Assembly: GCA_013285995.1 (NCBI GenBank)
Contig: JABDGN010000005.1
Coordinates: 1 to 58,079 of the forward strand
From: Gammaproteobacteria bacterium
GTDB lineage: Bacteria > Pseudomonadota > Gammaproteobacteria > JABDGN01
Length of the DNA: 58,079 bases
Direction of reading: 5' to 3'
Shown: positions 37,505 through 47,500 of the stretch, in pieces
Position numbering within the stretch: the first letter of the stretch is position 1
How the letters are laid out: each line of letters starts with the position of its first letter
Program-made: the position numbers and the translations under genes
Notes under the pieces: generated by a model
The model's database searches: none
Told to the model about the DNA's origin: nothing
The model's input: only the letters and a program-made list of their open reading frames with translations

Positions 37505-39106
37505 TTAAAAAGCTCTGTGCACACCCAATATATATTCCCCATTGGGAGGCTGCGCTGTAAACGCCACTATATCGCCATTGGGTAATAAAATTTCTTCACT
37601 GGAAGAAATTCTACCTGACCACTGCCAAGGTTGAGGCGCTAACCAAGCGGCTGTTTGCAAATCGTACACTTTAACACGTTCCTCGCCTGATTTTGAATTA
37701 CATAACATCGTTTGCTCTTCGCATAAATTTCCTGATAAACAAACAACATAGCGTCTATCAGATGATAGAACAGGTCTACGACACGTATAAATAGAATCAT
37801 TATAAGATAAATAATATAGTGTATTGCCATTAATTGATAATAGAAAAGCAAAATCATAGAATTGGTCGAATAAAGGAAATACTTCTTTGACAGCTATATT
37901 GGGTTGGGGTGGCAAAAGCATATAGTTTAAATTTCTAGCATTACCAAAGTCAGAGGTTGCCATATTAAATGGATAGCATACAGCTTGGTTGTTAGGTTTC
38001 ATCACTAACAAATCACCATTGGATAGCAATACATACGGTTCATGGTTAGTAACGATCTGAGGTGGGATTTGGAAGATGTTAAGTGTAAGTGTGGTTTCAT
38101 CAAATAAAAAATATTCCGCAGGGTTCATAGGGAATCGATTTAACAAGCCAATATAATGAGCTGAGGCATAATTAACCACATTCATCCGATGGTTCAAATA
38201 GCCTCTATAAGAGGGTTGAGTCCACACCTCACGTATTTGCTCGTCAGTAACTGAAAAAAGTTTCACTGAATCATGCGGGCCCGGATCACAGCAACTGATT
38301 AAAAACTTCGCATTCCCTATTGGCGTTATGTTTTGTATTGAATGATTAAGCGTAATACATTTCATTCCATTGTTATATAAATAAGGCAAATTCGTACCAT
38401 TTGCTGCATTTACATCATACCGCCAAACATAGAGTTTATTTTGTGTATGCGCGATAAAATAAATTTGTTCGCCAACAACACAACTATGCGCATGTGAGCC
38501 ATAGAGCTGAGTATCAAAGCGCTGTCCCATGAGGAGGTTAAGCCGCAATGTTTTGCCAGTTGAAGGTGGTGAAGGTGGTCTTATTGAGAGTGTGCCCATG
38601 ACAGAAGATAAAAGTCTTGTGCCTTTGGCAGGGAAGATTAAATTTACTCCTAAGAGTGGAGTAAATTTTTTAATAACTGTAATAAGCAGAGAATGTCTTG
38701 GCCAACGAGCTGCTTCTCCATCCAGTCTTTCCCGTGATAAGAAATCTCTAACGATAAATTTAGGTAGAAAAAAGTGACCATCTAGATCACTCTGATTCAA
38801 ACCAGTGAGCACAATAGGCTGTCTGTTGACTTGGTTGGTTTGTAAATTGAGGCTAAGAATTTCTACTGGCGTACTCGGATTCGCTCGCAACAATACCGAA
38901 ATAAAATCTATACTCTCTGGCCAATCTTCTACATCATTAGATTGTTGGTGTTGGGGGTAGAGAACTTGAAATACTGTTTGGATATGATATTGTTGTTGCT
39001 CAGAAGACGAATAATAATATTCCTCAGCTTTAATATCGCGACTGTTTTTCAACCCATTTGCGACGGTAGGTGATGATATATTAAATTTCGACACAGAAGT
39101 TTGCAT
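37505..39106 (-). CDS. hypothetical protein, 533 aa, orphan, probably beta-rich
   Basis: Uninterrupted AT-rich ORF with no recognisable catalytic or targeting motif. Confidence 0.55.
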   Translation of the reverse strand: MQTSVSKFNISSPTVANGLKNSRDIKAEEYYYSSSEQQQYHIQTVFQVLYPQHQQSNDVEDWPESIDFISVLLRANPSTPVEILSLNLQTNQVNRQPIVLTGLNQSDLDGHFFLPKFIVRDFLSRERLDGEAARWPRHSLLITVIKKFTPLLGVNLIFPAKGTRLLSSVMGTLSIRPPSPPSTGKTLRLNLLMGQRFDTQLYGSHAHSCVVGEQIYFIAHTQNKLYVWRYDVNAANGTNLPYLYNNGMKCITLNHSIQNITPIGNAKFLISCCDPGPHDSVKLFSVTDEQIREVWTQPSYRGYLNHRMNVVNYASAHYIGLLNRFPMNPAEYFLFDETTLTLNIFQIPPQIVTNHEPYVLLSNGDLLVMKPNNQAVCYPFNMATSDFGNARNLNYMLLPPQPNIAVKEVFPLFDQFYDFAFLLSINGNTLYYLSYNDSIYTCRRPVLSSDRRYVVCLSGNLCEEQTMLCNSKSGEERVKVYDLQTAAWLAPQPWQWSGRISSSEEILLPNGDIVAFTAQPPNGEYILGVHRAF

Positions 39107-39320
39107 ATGACCTACCTCGTTATTAGTAAATTATGCGTAAAGTAACGATTTAAAATTTTTAATTATTATCGCTTGCCTGCACCTGTTGCTGCTACACGGT
39201 GATATTAGTTTGCTTGTGGTAACGGCTTAACAGCTCGGACATTATGAACTGCGCAAAGTAATTTTGCAATTGGGTTTGATAAATTATTTGTATGGAGTGG
39301 TAAAAGATTTGCTTTGAATT

Positions 39321-40286
39321 CTATTTAACCGCTGTTAATAACGAGTAACCCGCCATTTCAGGAAAAATTTTCACGTCTTTAAAATGTGCTTGCTCAAAGA
39401 GAGAGGCTACTTGTTCTGTGGTACGCGCGGCTCCAAATAAAGCATTCAGTAACTTTCGTAACTTATAACTAACATCATTTTTTTCAAGTGGCAATGCGCC
39501 GGCAAATATTTTTCCATGGGGTTTTAACGCTTGCCAAATAATAGGCAAGGCTTCGTGTAATACGTCATTACTTAAAAACACTTGGGGGATCCAGATGACA
39601 TCGTAAGTGTTTTTATCGGTTAATTGCTGGATAAAGATTTTTCGCAATTCGATTCTATCAGCATAAGGGGAAGCTTGAACATGTTTTTGGGCGAGCTCAA
39701 AGGGTTTGTCGGCTGGCTCCAAGGCAACAATTTTTACTTGTGGATACAGCTCGCATAAACGAATGCTAATTTGCGCACAGCCCGCACCAATGTCAAGAAA
39801 CTTGGCTCCTGGTTGCTCTAACAATTTCTGTAAGTCTTTATCTTGCGGAATATAGTCATTGGCAATAAAACGAGATAAGGTGCCAAAGGCTTCAATCAAA
39901 TTTGTATCGGTATGATGCCAACCCACACTCAATTTTTTATTATGTGCTTCGGTAACAAACTCTCTATTTAATCCAAAGGTTGATTGAAGCTGTAAGGTCA
40001 GAGTGGTAAGCCCCATTTTTTGAGTCAAGGCTGACATGCCAGGCGCTAAGGTATAGCGTGATTCTTCATGGCTCAAGATGCCTGCAGCAGTCAGCAGCTC
40101 TAATGCTTGAGTTAATATGCTTACAGGAATAGATGCTGAATCAGTTAATTCGTCAATTGATGCGCCTGTCTGTAATTTAGCTAAGACATTGGCCTCGGCT
40201 ATGACAGTCAAGGTGTTTAATATCCAAGCTGATTCTTGTAAAGATTGCAATGTGGTTTGAGCTTGTTCCAGGGTGTTAATTGACAT
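39321..40286 (-). CDS. class I SAM-dependent methyltransferase with an N-terminal wHTH/dimerisation domain (O-methyltransferase-like)
   Basis: Motif I FLDIGAGCAQ, post-I acidic residue (VALEP), DVIWIPQVF. Confidence 0.65.
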   Translation of the reverse strand: MSINTLEQAQTTLQSLQESAWILNTLTVIAEANVLAKLQTGASIDELTDSASIPVSILTQALELLTAAGILSHEESRYTLAPGMSALTQKMGLTTLTLQLQSTFGLNREFVTEAHNKKLSVGWHHTDTNLIEAFGTLSRFIANDYIPQDKDLQKLLEQPGAKFLDIGAGCAQISIRLCELYPQVKIVALEPADKPFELAQKHVQASPYADRIELRKIFIQQLTDKNTYDVIWIPQVFLSNDVLHEALPIIWQALKPHGKIFAGALPLEKNDVSYKLRKLLNALFGAARTTEQVASLFEQAHFKDVKIFPEMAGYSLLTAVK

Positions 40287-40378
40287 GAGCAGTTTCCTTT
40301 ATTTAAATATTTAGCACGTAAAATTGAATCTCGTTATAATTTTACCTTACCCGGTTTGCGAATGCAGGAAATTTTAAA

Positions 40379-40774
40379 ATGGCCGTTAAAAAGTTATGTC
40401 CTTGTGGCAAGGACAAATCCTACGAAAAATGCTGCGGGCTTTATATTGAAGGCGATAATGCAGCCCCTACAGCAGAAGCTTTAATGCGTTCACGTTATAC
40501 CGCCTATACCAAAGCGAATATTGACTATATTCAAGCCACTATGCAAGGCAAAGCAGCAATGGGTTTTGATCCGACTGAAGCGCGACAATGGGCTAAAACA
40601 GTCAAATGGAAAGGCTTGAAAGTATTGCGTACTTTTCCACATGAAACCGACTCAAACCGTACTTATGTAGAATTTGTCGCGACGTATATGCTGGAAAATA
40701 AAATTCACAAATTGACAGAAGTGAGTGAATTTCAGTTAATAGAAGGCAAGTGGTATTATATCGATCGGCAATAA
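40379..40774 (+). CDS. ychJ: YchJ-family (UPF0225) SEC-C motif protein
   Basis: CPCGKDKSYEKCCG SEC-C metal-binding motif, LMRSRYTAY, NTF2-like C-terminal part. Confidence 0.7.
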   Translation: MAVKKLCPCGKDKSYEKCCGLYIEGDNAAPTAEALMRSRYTAYTKANIDYIQATMQGKAAMGFDPTEARQWAKTVKWKGLKVLRTFPHETDSNRTYVEFVATYMLENKIHKLTEVSEFQLIEGKWYYIDRQ

Positions 40775-40789
40775 CCAGAGGACGCTTTC

Positions 40790-41113
40790 ATGTTTGCAGT
40801 GATTTACCAAGCTTATATAAAACCAGAATCTGAAACAGAATATCAGTGTGCCTGGCATACTGTTGCCAGTTATTTTAAAACTCATTGCGGGGCTTTGGGT
40901 TCTTCCTTGCACAAAACGGAGGCTGGGACTTGGCTTGCTTATTCACGCTGGCCTGACAAAAAAACGCGCGATGCGGCCTGGCCGCGTGACAATGCGCCCG
41001 CCAATACATTCCCTGAGGAAATTAAACACGCAATCGTAGCTATTAAAGCATCAATTGACGCAACGCGTACTCTTCCTGAAATCGCTATGGAAGTGGTAGA
41101 AGATTTGCTTTAA
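40790..41113 (+). CDS. ABM-like (antibiotic biosynthesis monooxygenase fold) protein, putative
   Basis: 107 aa. MFAVIYQAYIKPESETEY...WLAYSRW pattern of the dimeric alpha+beta barrel family. Confidence 0.4.
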   Translation: MFAVIYQAYIKPESETEYQCAWHTVASYFKTHCGALGSSLHKTEAGTWLAYSRWPDKKTRDAAWPRDNAPANTFPEEIKHAIVAIKASIDATRTLPEIAMEVVEDLL

Positions 41114-41166
41114 TATTTAACAGCCGTTAATAAAGAATAACCGGCCATTTCAGGAAAAATTTTCAC
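41110..41166 (-). pseudogene. 19-codon relic duplicating the 3' end of the methyltransferase gene at 39321
   Basis: Encodes VKIFPEMAGYSLLTAVKY*, identical to the C-terminus ..VKIFPEMAGYSLLTAVK* of ORF 39321-40286 with only synonymous differences. The frame is closed immediately upstream. Confidence 0.6.
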
Positions 41167-41408
41167 TATTTAAAAAAACTTTTCTCTAATTCTAAAACCA
41201 AGGATTTTATCTGACTTGCAATATCCTCTAATAAAATAAAAATTTGAGTATAAGTATAAGGCTCCAATGTTATTTCAAAATCGGCGATGCTACCTAATTC
41301 GGTAATGGCATGCAAGTTGTTAATTTTATTCATCAACAATTCATAATAATCGCTCAATTTTTCAGAAGTAATTTTAGAAGGATTAATAAAGTTTTCTGCT
41401 GTTTGCAT
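41166..41408 (-). CDS. hypothetical 80-aa helical protein
   Basis: AT-rich ORF with no motif recognised. AGGAGAAAG lies upstream of ATG 41408. Confidence 0.35.
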   Translation of the reverse strand: MQTAENFINPSKITSEKLSDYYELLMNKINNLHAITELGSIADFEITLEPYTYTQIFILLEDIASQIKSLVLELEKSFFK

Positions 41409-41461
41409 GGCTTTCTCCTCAAGAATTTTGGACGTGGAAAATAATTGAACCTTAAATTAAA

Positions 41462-41592
41462 GGTGCCTGGGTGTTAAGAAACTGATGTTGGTCAGCTGTG
41501 CATACCTTACGATAAGCACCACCCAGGCAGAGAAGATATTTTCCCTGCCTGAGGTTGCCATTAAACATAACGATCAGCGACACCCAGGCAGG
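41462..41592. other. four copies of a ~12-nt GC-rich motif (CACCCAGGCAGG and its complement) in alternating orientation
   Basis: ggtgcctgggtg 41462-41473, caccacccaggcag 41517-41530, ccctgcctgagg 41543-41554, cacccaggcagg 41581-41592. Mutually exclusive pairings are possible. Confidence 0.5.
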
Positions 41593-41830
41593 AGAAAACG
41601 ATAGCCATAAAAAAAGCCAAACTGTCGGGTGGCGTTTTCCGCCAACATCACGCGTTCTTACACGCAGTGGAAATCATAATCCTGATAGCATTGACCTGTC
41701 AATGTTTTTTCGGATAATTTTTATCATTAAAAGCGTATAATATTGTTTATTGCAGTATTGTCTGGAATACACTAACTCATTCATCACCCGTTTTGCGACG
41801 GGTACTGACTGTTTCCATTGGTTACTACTT

Positions 41831-42727
41831 ATGAAACGCTTACTATTGTTTATCCTAGCTATTGCTTTTTTCAATATTTCTGCCTTGGCGGATATCTCAC
41901 AAACGGAAGCGCAGCAAAAGCTTACAGCGCTTGAAAAAAGCTTTGCTGGGAAAATCGGAGTTTATGCACTTGATACGAATAGCAATCAGGTGATTGCCTA
42001 TCGTGCCGATGAGCGCTTTCCTGTGCAAAGCACTTTTAAATTGATAGTAGTAGCTGCTTTATTAAAACAGAGTCAGAGTGATAAAAATTTACTGCAAGAA
42101 AAAATCCATTATACAAAAAATGATTTTGTTTCCTGGCGTCCTATTACCAACAAATATCTTGCAACAGGCATGACCTTAGAAGCATTAGCCGTTGCTACGC
42201 TGAATTATAGCGACAATCCAGCCGCTAATCTGATTATGAAAAAATTAGGTGGGCCGCAAGCCATCACGGATTTTGCGCATTCGATTGGTAACAAATCTTT
42301 TAATGTTAAACATTATGAAGTGGATTTGAATTCAAATCCCAACAACGCAGAGGATACAGCCACACCAAAAGATATGGCTATCAGCGTAGAAAAATTAACG
42401 CTGGGTAATGTGTTAACTCCAGCTAATCGTGCGCAATTAATCAGATGGATGCAAGATAATACAACAGGCTATGGAAGAATTAGCGCGGGTACGCCAATTG
42501 GTTGGACGGTGGCTGAAAAAACCGGTGGTGGATTTGGTAATTATGGTATGGCTAATGACATTGGCATTCTATGGTCACCGTACTGCAAACCGATTGTACT
42601 CGCCATTTATACTGTACAAAATCAAAAGAATGCCAAACCTCGTGATGATATTGTGGCATCTGCAACCAGCATCGTGATGGATGAGTTTGCAAAAAATGAT
42701 CCATGTTTTAAAGAATTATTTGCTTGA
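41831..42727 (+). CDS. bla: class A beta-lactamase
   Basis: Signal peptide from the Met at 41831. STFK (Ser70-x-x-Lys), SDN, E..LN omega-loop (EVDLNSNPNN) and KTG motifs. Confidence 0.85.
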   Translation: MKRLLLFILAIAFFNISALADISQTEAQQKLTALEKSFAGKIGVYALDTNSNQVIAYRADERFPVQSTFKLIVVAALLKQSQSDKNLLQEKIHYTKNDFVSWRPITNKYLATGMTLEALAVATLNYSDNPAANLIMKKLGGPQAITDFAHSIGNKSFNVKHYEVDLNSNPNNAEDTATPKDMAISVEKLTLGNVLTPANRAQLIRWMQDNTTGYGRISAGTPIGWTVAEKTGGGFGNYGMANDIGILWSPYCKPIVLAIYTVQNQKNAKPRDDIVASATSIVMDEFAKNDPCFKELFA

Positions 42728-42949
42728 AAATGAGACTAACGAAGAGGCTATCACTTTTTATCAAAGGCAATCAATGCAACATGCCAACCATGTCCCGCGT
42801 TAAAAATAGTTTGGTAATCAACTTTTTCATCTATATTGGCAAAATATAATAAATTTTGCCAGCTGGTTCCACCATATTGCAAATTAAACGGATTGGCTTT
42901 ATCACCTAAAAATCAGACCATAAAAGAATGCGCAAACTCGTGCGGTAGC

Positions 42950-43564
42950 ATGGCCAGGTCATGGCTTAAAGCGAATCTTTGGTATGTTTTTTTAGCGTGT
43001 TTAATAACAGTAATTTGCCAGCCTATATATTACCTCTGGCAGCCGTTGTTCATAAATATCATTGGGCGCTCTCTTCATATCAATGAATATCATATAAATA
43101 CAGTTTCTCTTTTTTTGAGTTTTACGTTTATACTATACAATCTATCAATATATGCTGCTAATAAATTTTTAAGAAAGAAATTAAGTTTATATAGGGTAGA
43201 ATATATAGTATTTTTTTCTGGAGTAATAGGGATGATCGCATTAGGAGGGTTAGGCATGCTCAGTACAACAATCATTTTTAGTGCTTTATTTTTGTGTGCC
43301 GCATATGCTTCTTTATCTATATTGGGAACAAGTTGTTTCAACGCAATGATTACCTTCGTTGCCAAAGATAAATGTGCAACTATTCTGTCTATAGCTAATA
43401 TGTCTGGAAGGCTGTTTTCGTCAGCGTTTTTGTTCTTACTCTCTTTTTTCCTTGAGGGGCGTAATTCAATTAATACGCCATTTTTATTGGCATCATTTTT
43501 AACAATATTATTTCTTGTAATGTTTTATTTTAGCAGAAAAAGTTTAACTACCATCAAAGGATGA
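42950..43564 (+). CDS. six-TM membrane protein resembling the C-terminal half of an MFS transporter (possibly truncated)
   Basis: The Met at 42950. Six hydrophobic helices. No N-terminal MFS half upstream, and that upstream space holds an opposite-strand relic. Confidence 0.35.
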   Translation: MARSWLKANLWYVFLACLITVICQPIYYLWQPLFINIIGRSLHINEYHINTVSLFLSFTFILYNLSIYAANKFLRKKLSLYRVEYIVFFSGVIGMIALGGLGMLSTTIIFSALFLCAAYASLSILGTSCFNAMITFVAKDKCATILSIANMSGRLFSSAFLFLLSFFLEGRNSINTPFLLASFLTILFLVMFYFSRKSLTTIKG

Positions 43565-43568
43565 ATCC

Positions 43569-44033
43569 ATGAGCTCCTGTATATTTTGCCAAATCGCTAA
43601 AAAAATTTCTCCCGCTTATATTATTTGGGAAGATGAGCAACACGTAGCTTTTCTTTCCATTTATCCTAATACGCCTGGCGTAACGGTTATCATAACAAAA
43701 GAACATTACGATAGTTACGCTTTAAATTTACCTGATGAAATTTTAAGTAATTTAGTTCTTGCCAGTAAGAAAGTGGCGCGTTTACTTGATGAAAAATTGC
43801 CAGATGTTGGTAGAACAGGCCTAGTATTAGAAGGATTTGGCATCAATCATGTGCACGCTAAGTTATATCCCTTGCATGGTACAAAACAAGTAGAAAATTG
43901 GCAGCCCATAAAATCAGATATTAATACCTTTCAGCCCTTATACCAAGGGTACATATCCTCACATGATTGTAATACAATGACCCAGCAAGAGCTTTCAGAA
44001 ATTCATGCTCTTTTCAGACGGAGGCAACATTAA
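43569..44033 (+). CDS. HIT-family (histidine triad) hydrolase
   Basis: CIFCQI zinc-binding start, and INHVHAKLYP as the histidine triad H-x-H-x-H/K variant. Confidence 0.7.
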   Translation: MSSCIFCQIAKKISPAYIIWEDEQHVAFLSIYPNTPGVTVIITKEHYDSYALNLPDEILSNLVLASKKVARLLDEKLPDVGRTGLVLEGFGINHVHAKLYPLHGTKQVENWQPIKSDINTFQPLYQGYISSHDCNTMTQQELSEIHALFRRRQH

Positions 44034-44114
44034 AGCTATAAGTCTAAATTCAAATTTTCTTCTGAAGGTTCAATTGGAATTATTTCTGAAAAAATAATCT
44101 TCCGTTTTTTTACT

Positions 44115-44531
44115 GTGTTATTTTCCATGATCGTTTTTACTTCTGTATTTGCAGAGATAAATACCACACCATCAACTACGAGCAGCGCATTTAACTGGCA
44201 AAACAGTGGCCCCAATGGCGGTGATGTCACAGCCATGTTGGTTTCGCCCGTAAATCCCAGCGTTATTTATGCCGGTGGCGATGATAGTAATGTTTATATG
44301 AGTAATAATGCCGGTGCTAGTTGGACCGATTCAGGTGGTAGCGTGGATTATGTTTTGGCGATGGATAATCAGGGTGATTTATTTGCTGTCAACTCATCGT
44401 CTGATAATCCCATCGAAGAATTACCCGCAGGCAGTCATAACTGGATTGACGTCACTCTGAATGGCTTACTTTTTTGCTGCCCACTATTCGTACTTACTCT
44501 GAAGCGCTATAGAAAGCTTCCATGGGTATAG
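44115..44531 (+). pseudogene. N-terminal fragment of a secreted BNR/sialidase-like beta-propeller protein
   Basis: Short signal-like start. WQNSGPNGGDVTAMLVSPVNPSVIYAGG and SNNAGASWTD (BNR S-x-D-x-G-x-T-W-like). Breaks off and overlaps the 3' end of the large gene on the other strand. Confidence 0.35.
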
Positions 44532-47500
44532 GAGTGGGAGTCAAAATACTATCTTGCTCGGGCAAATTGAGTTCGTAATAAGAGTTACTTCCCCAACCGA
44601 ATAATTGTCCATTTTCCAGCACAGCAAATACGTGGGTTGTCCCTGCCATGATTTTCATGGCTTTGTGTGGTCCTAAATTAACTAATTGTGGCGAAAATTG
44701 ATCTTCTCTATTATTTAGACCTAACTCGCCACTCGAGTTGTGACCCCACGCAAATATTTGTCCGTTTTCTAATAGAGCATAGGATGAATATTTCCCCGCT
44801 GTAATTTGTTTTATTCGATGAGGCCCTATATTGACGGGCTGCGGTAAAAATTGATCCGCAGTATGGCCCAAACCTAATTGCCCTGTATCATTAGCTCCCC
44901 ATGCAAGTAATTGTCCGTTACTGAGTAAGGCTAAACTATGATTGCCGCCAGCGGCAATTTGTATAGCGTGCATATCCTGTAACTTAGCTTGTTGCAAAGA
45001 AATAATCTTGTCATCAGCAAGGCCTAAACCTAACTGCCCATTGTCATTTTCACCAGCTCCCCATATTTGTCCGTTACTTAGCAGTATGAGAACATGATGC
45101 CCACCTCCGGCAATCTGAATGACATTTGTAGAACTAAAAATGGGTGGTAAAGGTAAAAATTTCAGAGAAGAAAGATTAATAATATCACCCACTCCAAGCT
45201 CTGCTGAATCAAAGTTATTCCAATGAACGAAACTATTGTCGTTTAATAAAGCCAACGTTTCAAAGCCTAGCGCTGCAAGCTGAATGACTTTTTTATTTCC
45301 TATCGTAGCGGGTAACTGTATAAATTGAGGAGCAACTTGCTTGTACAAACCCCATTCAGCTATGCGACCATCAGCTAACAACGCTAAAAAATGCGTATTA
45401 CTCCCCTTTGCTGCCACAAGTTGCATCAATTGCATGGATGAATTAAAAAAAGGTAGCTGCGTTAATCTATAACAACCTCTCTCAGATAGAGTTAATTGAT
45501 GCTCATAATAATTGCTTCCACTCCCGCATATTATTAAGCCATTTGGTGTATGCTTATAAAAAAATGTCACGTTGTCGCCTGGACAAATTTGAATTTCAGA
45601 ATAAGGCTGCTGCAATTTTCCATGCGAATGGGACGAGTATGCGTTGCTTACAGCTTGACTTATCGGTGCAGTCGTTGGTTTAAAAACCAAATCGAATGGT
45701 TGTGAGAAAGGTTTCCCATAGACTTTGGCTTTAAATACAGCAGGAGAAAGCACACCCAACTCCCGACCCTGTAAAAATCCGGGTGAAAGGGAAAACGAAG
45801 GTGGTTTAGCCGGTGTATTTAACAGCAATACTTCATCGCGAGAGCCTAGTAAGCAGTGTCCATTAGGATCAAAGGAACCGTAGTTTCCGGATTCAGCGCT
45901 AACACTGACATGTGTTAGAAAAATCGTTTGGGTTACTTCATATTGATTAATGCTATTTTTATGCCAAATTTTAATTTCGTTACAAGTGGTAGATAGTAAA
46001 CTTTCGCTTTCTTCATTAAAACTAAGATTTATAATGCCTCTGTGATGCGCTACGATGGTGGATACCAGCTGTTTTGTAAGCAATGAGATGACCAGAATAT
46101 TATTATAACTTGCTGTGAACAATTCATTCTGCAATTGATTGATTGCCAGGCAATGAAAATAACAGTCACCTGAAAAAAAAGGAGTATGCTGCTGTTTGTC
46201 CATTTCCCAGCAGTTAATTTTATGCGCCATGTGATCCATGTAGATAATGGCATGCGTTTTTTTATAAATCAATGTGTGTAACTTCTGTGAACGTTTAGAA
46301 GCAGATACGGCTGCTAGTTCGCCTATTTTTCTAATAGTGGTGGGAGTTTGAAACTCCCACCGACATATACGACCATCTTGTTTCCCGACTGAAATGATAT
46401 GATCAAGCTTTTCATCCACTAAGACTGCATTTATGCCACCGATGTGTGCATCTTTTATTATGTGAATCACCACACCAGAGTAATCAACTAAAGCAATCCA
46501 GTTGGAAGATTGATAGGAGGTAATAAATAAACCCCTCTTACTATATAAGGCAAGAAAATTACACTCTGCCAAATCACTGCGACTTATTAATGGGTTAAAT
46601 ACATAAACCTTATTTTGTTCATAAAACACAACAATATTCTTTTTTCGTATAAAAAATTTACCCCTACGTGGATCATAAACAATATTTCCGGGGCTAGAGT
46701 CATCAAGCACTTGTACTCTTTGGAAGCACTCGCCATTAGCAAGCCATCTCTCAATATCATTATTTGAAAAAACAAGAATCACTTCTCCGGTAGGAGTGCG
46801 AATAATTTTTTGAATTGCATTACTACTGTTAATTTTTTTGCTCAGTAATCTATTATTAGTTTGCTCAAAAGTAGTTTTGTTAAAAAACCAATAAGAAAAA
46901 ACTTGTTGTTCTTCTTGTTGTTGGGAAATGCTAATGAAATCCAAGGCTCCCGGGCGAACAGGTACACAAAAATGAAAATTTGTATCTTTGAAAAGTTGGG
47001 TTGCTCTTTCTAAGCCGGTTAATTGGTAAATTAACCCGCGGGTAGTAGAGACCGGAGAGCTAAAGACAAGAATAGTATCGGTATCTCTTTCACTATCTAT
47101 TGATAAATAAATAATAGGAAATTTAAATTTTTGAATACTTCTTACAAGAGTAAAGCTGTTATCTGACCATAACCATAGATGTATGTAGCCTTCTGCTGTG
47201 CCAGCAATCAATAACCCATTGTTTCCCGTTGCCAAACACATAATAACACTGCGATGGTATTTACTCGTGGGGCCTTGCAGCGTGTCAATCAATTGAAAAG
47301 ATGCTTGCCCTGTTATTCTCCATACGCTTACGGTTCCATTTCTTAATCCTGCATAAACATGATCTCCAATGTGACCTGCTTTATCTATTAGTAAACACTT
47401 TACCTCGCCCGAGTTATTCAGCATAGCAATACAACTTCCGTCTTTGGCCCACACCCGTAACGAACCATCCAGAGAACCGGAAATAATTCGCCCATACCAA

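Noticed and set aside
41440-41700. GC-rich structured block tested mentally against TPP, cobalamin, c-di-GMP and Mn riboswitch cores, 6S RNA, RNase P RNA and 4.5S RNA
   Set aside because: None of the conserved core sequences is present (e.g. CTGAGA plus ACCTGATCTGGATAATGCCAGCG for TPP, or the GGTCCGGAAGGAAGCAGCC SRP motif). It is kept only as an unexplained repeat/structure finding.
42740-43030. Minus-strand reading frame ..ALSHDLAMLPHEFAHSFMV*FLGDKANPFNLQYGGTSWQNLLYFANIDEK.. with an HExxH motif, considered as a metalloprotease pseudogene
   Set aside because: It is only about 95 codons long, is interrupted by a stop, has no start, and I cannot assign a family from memory. It is mentioned only as possible decay debris and is not annotated as a feature.
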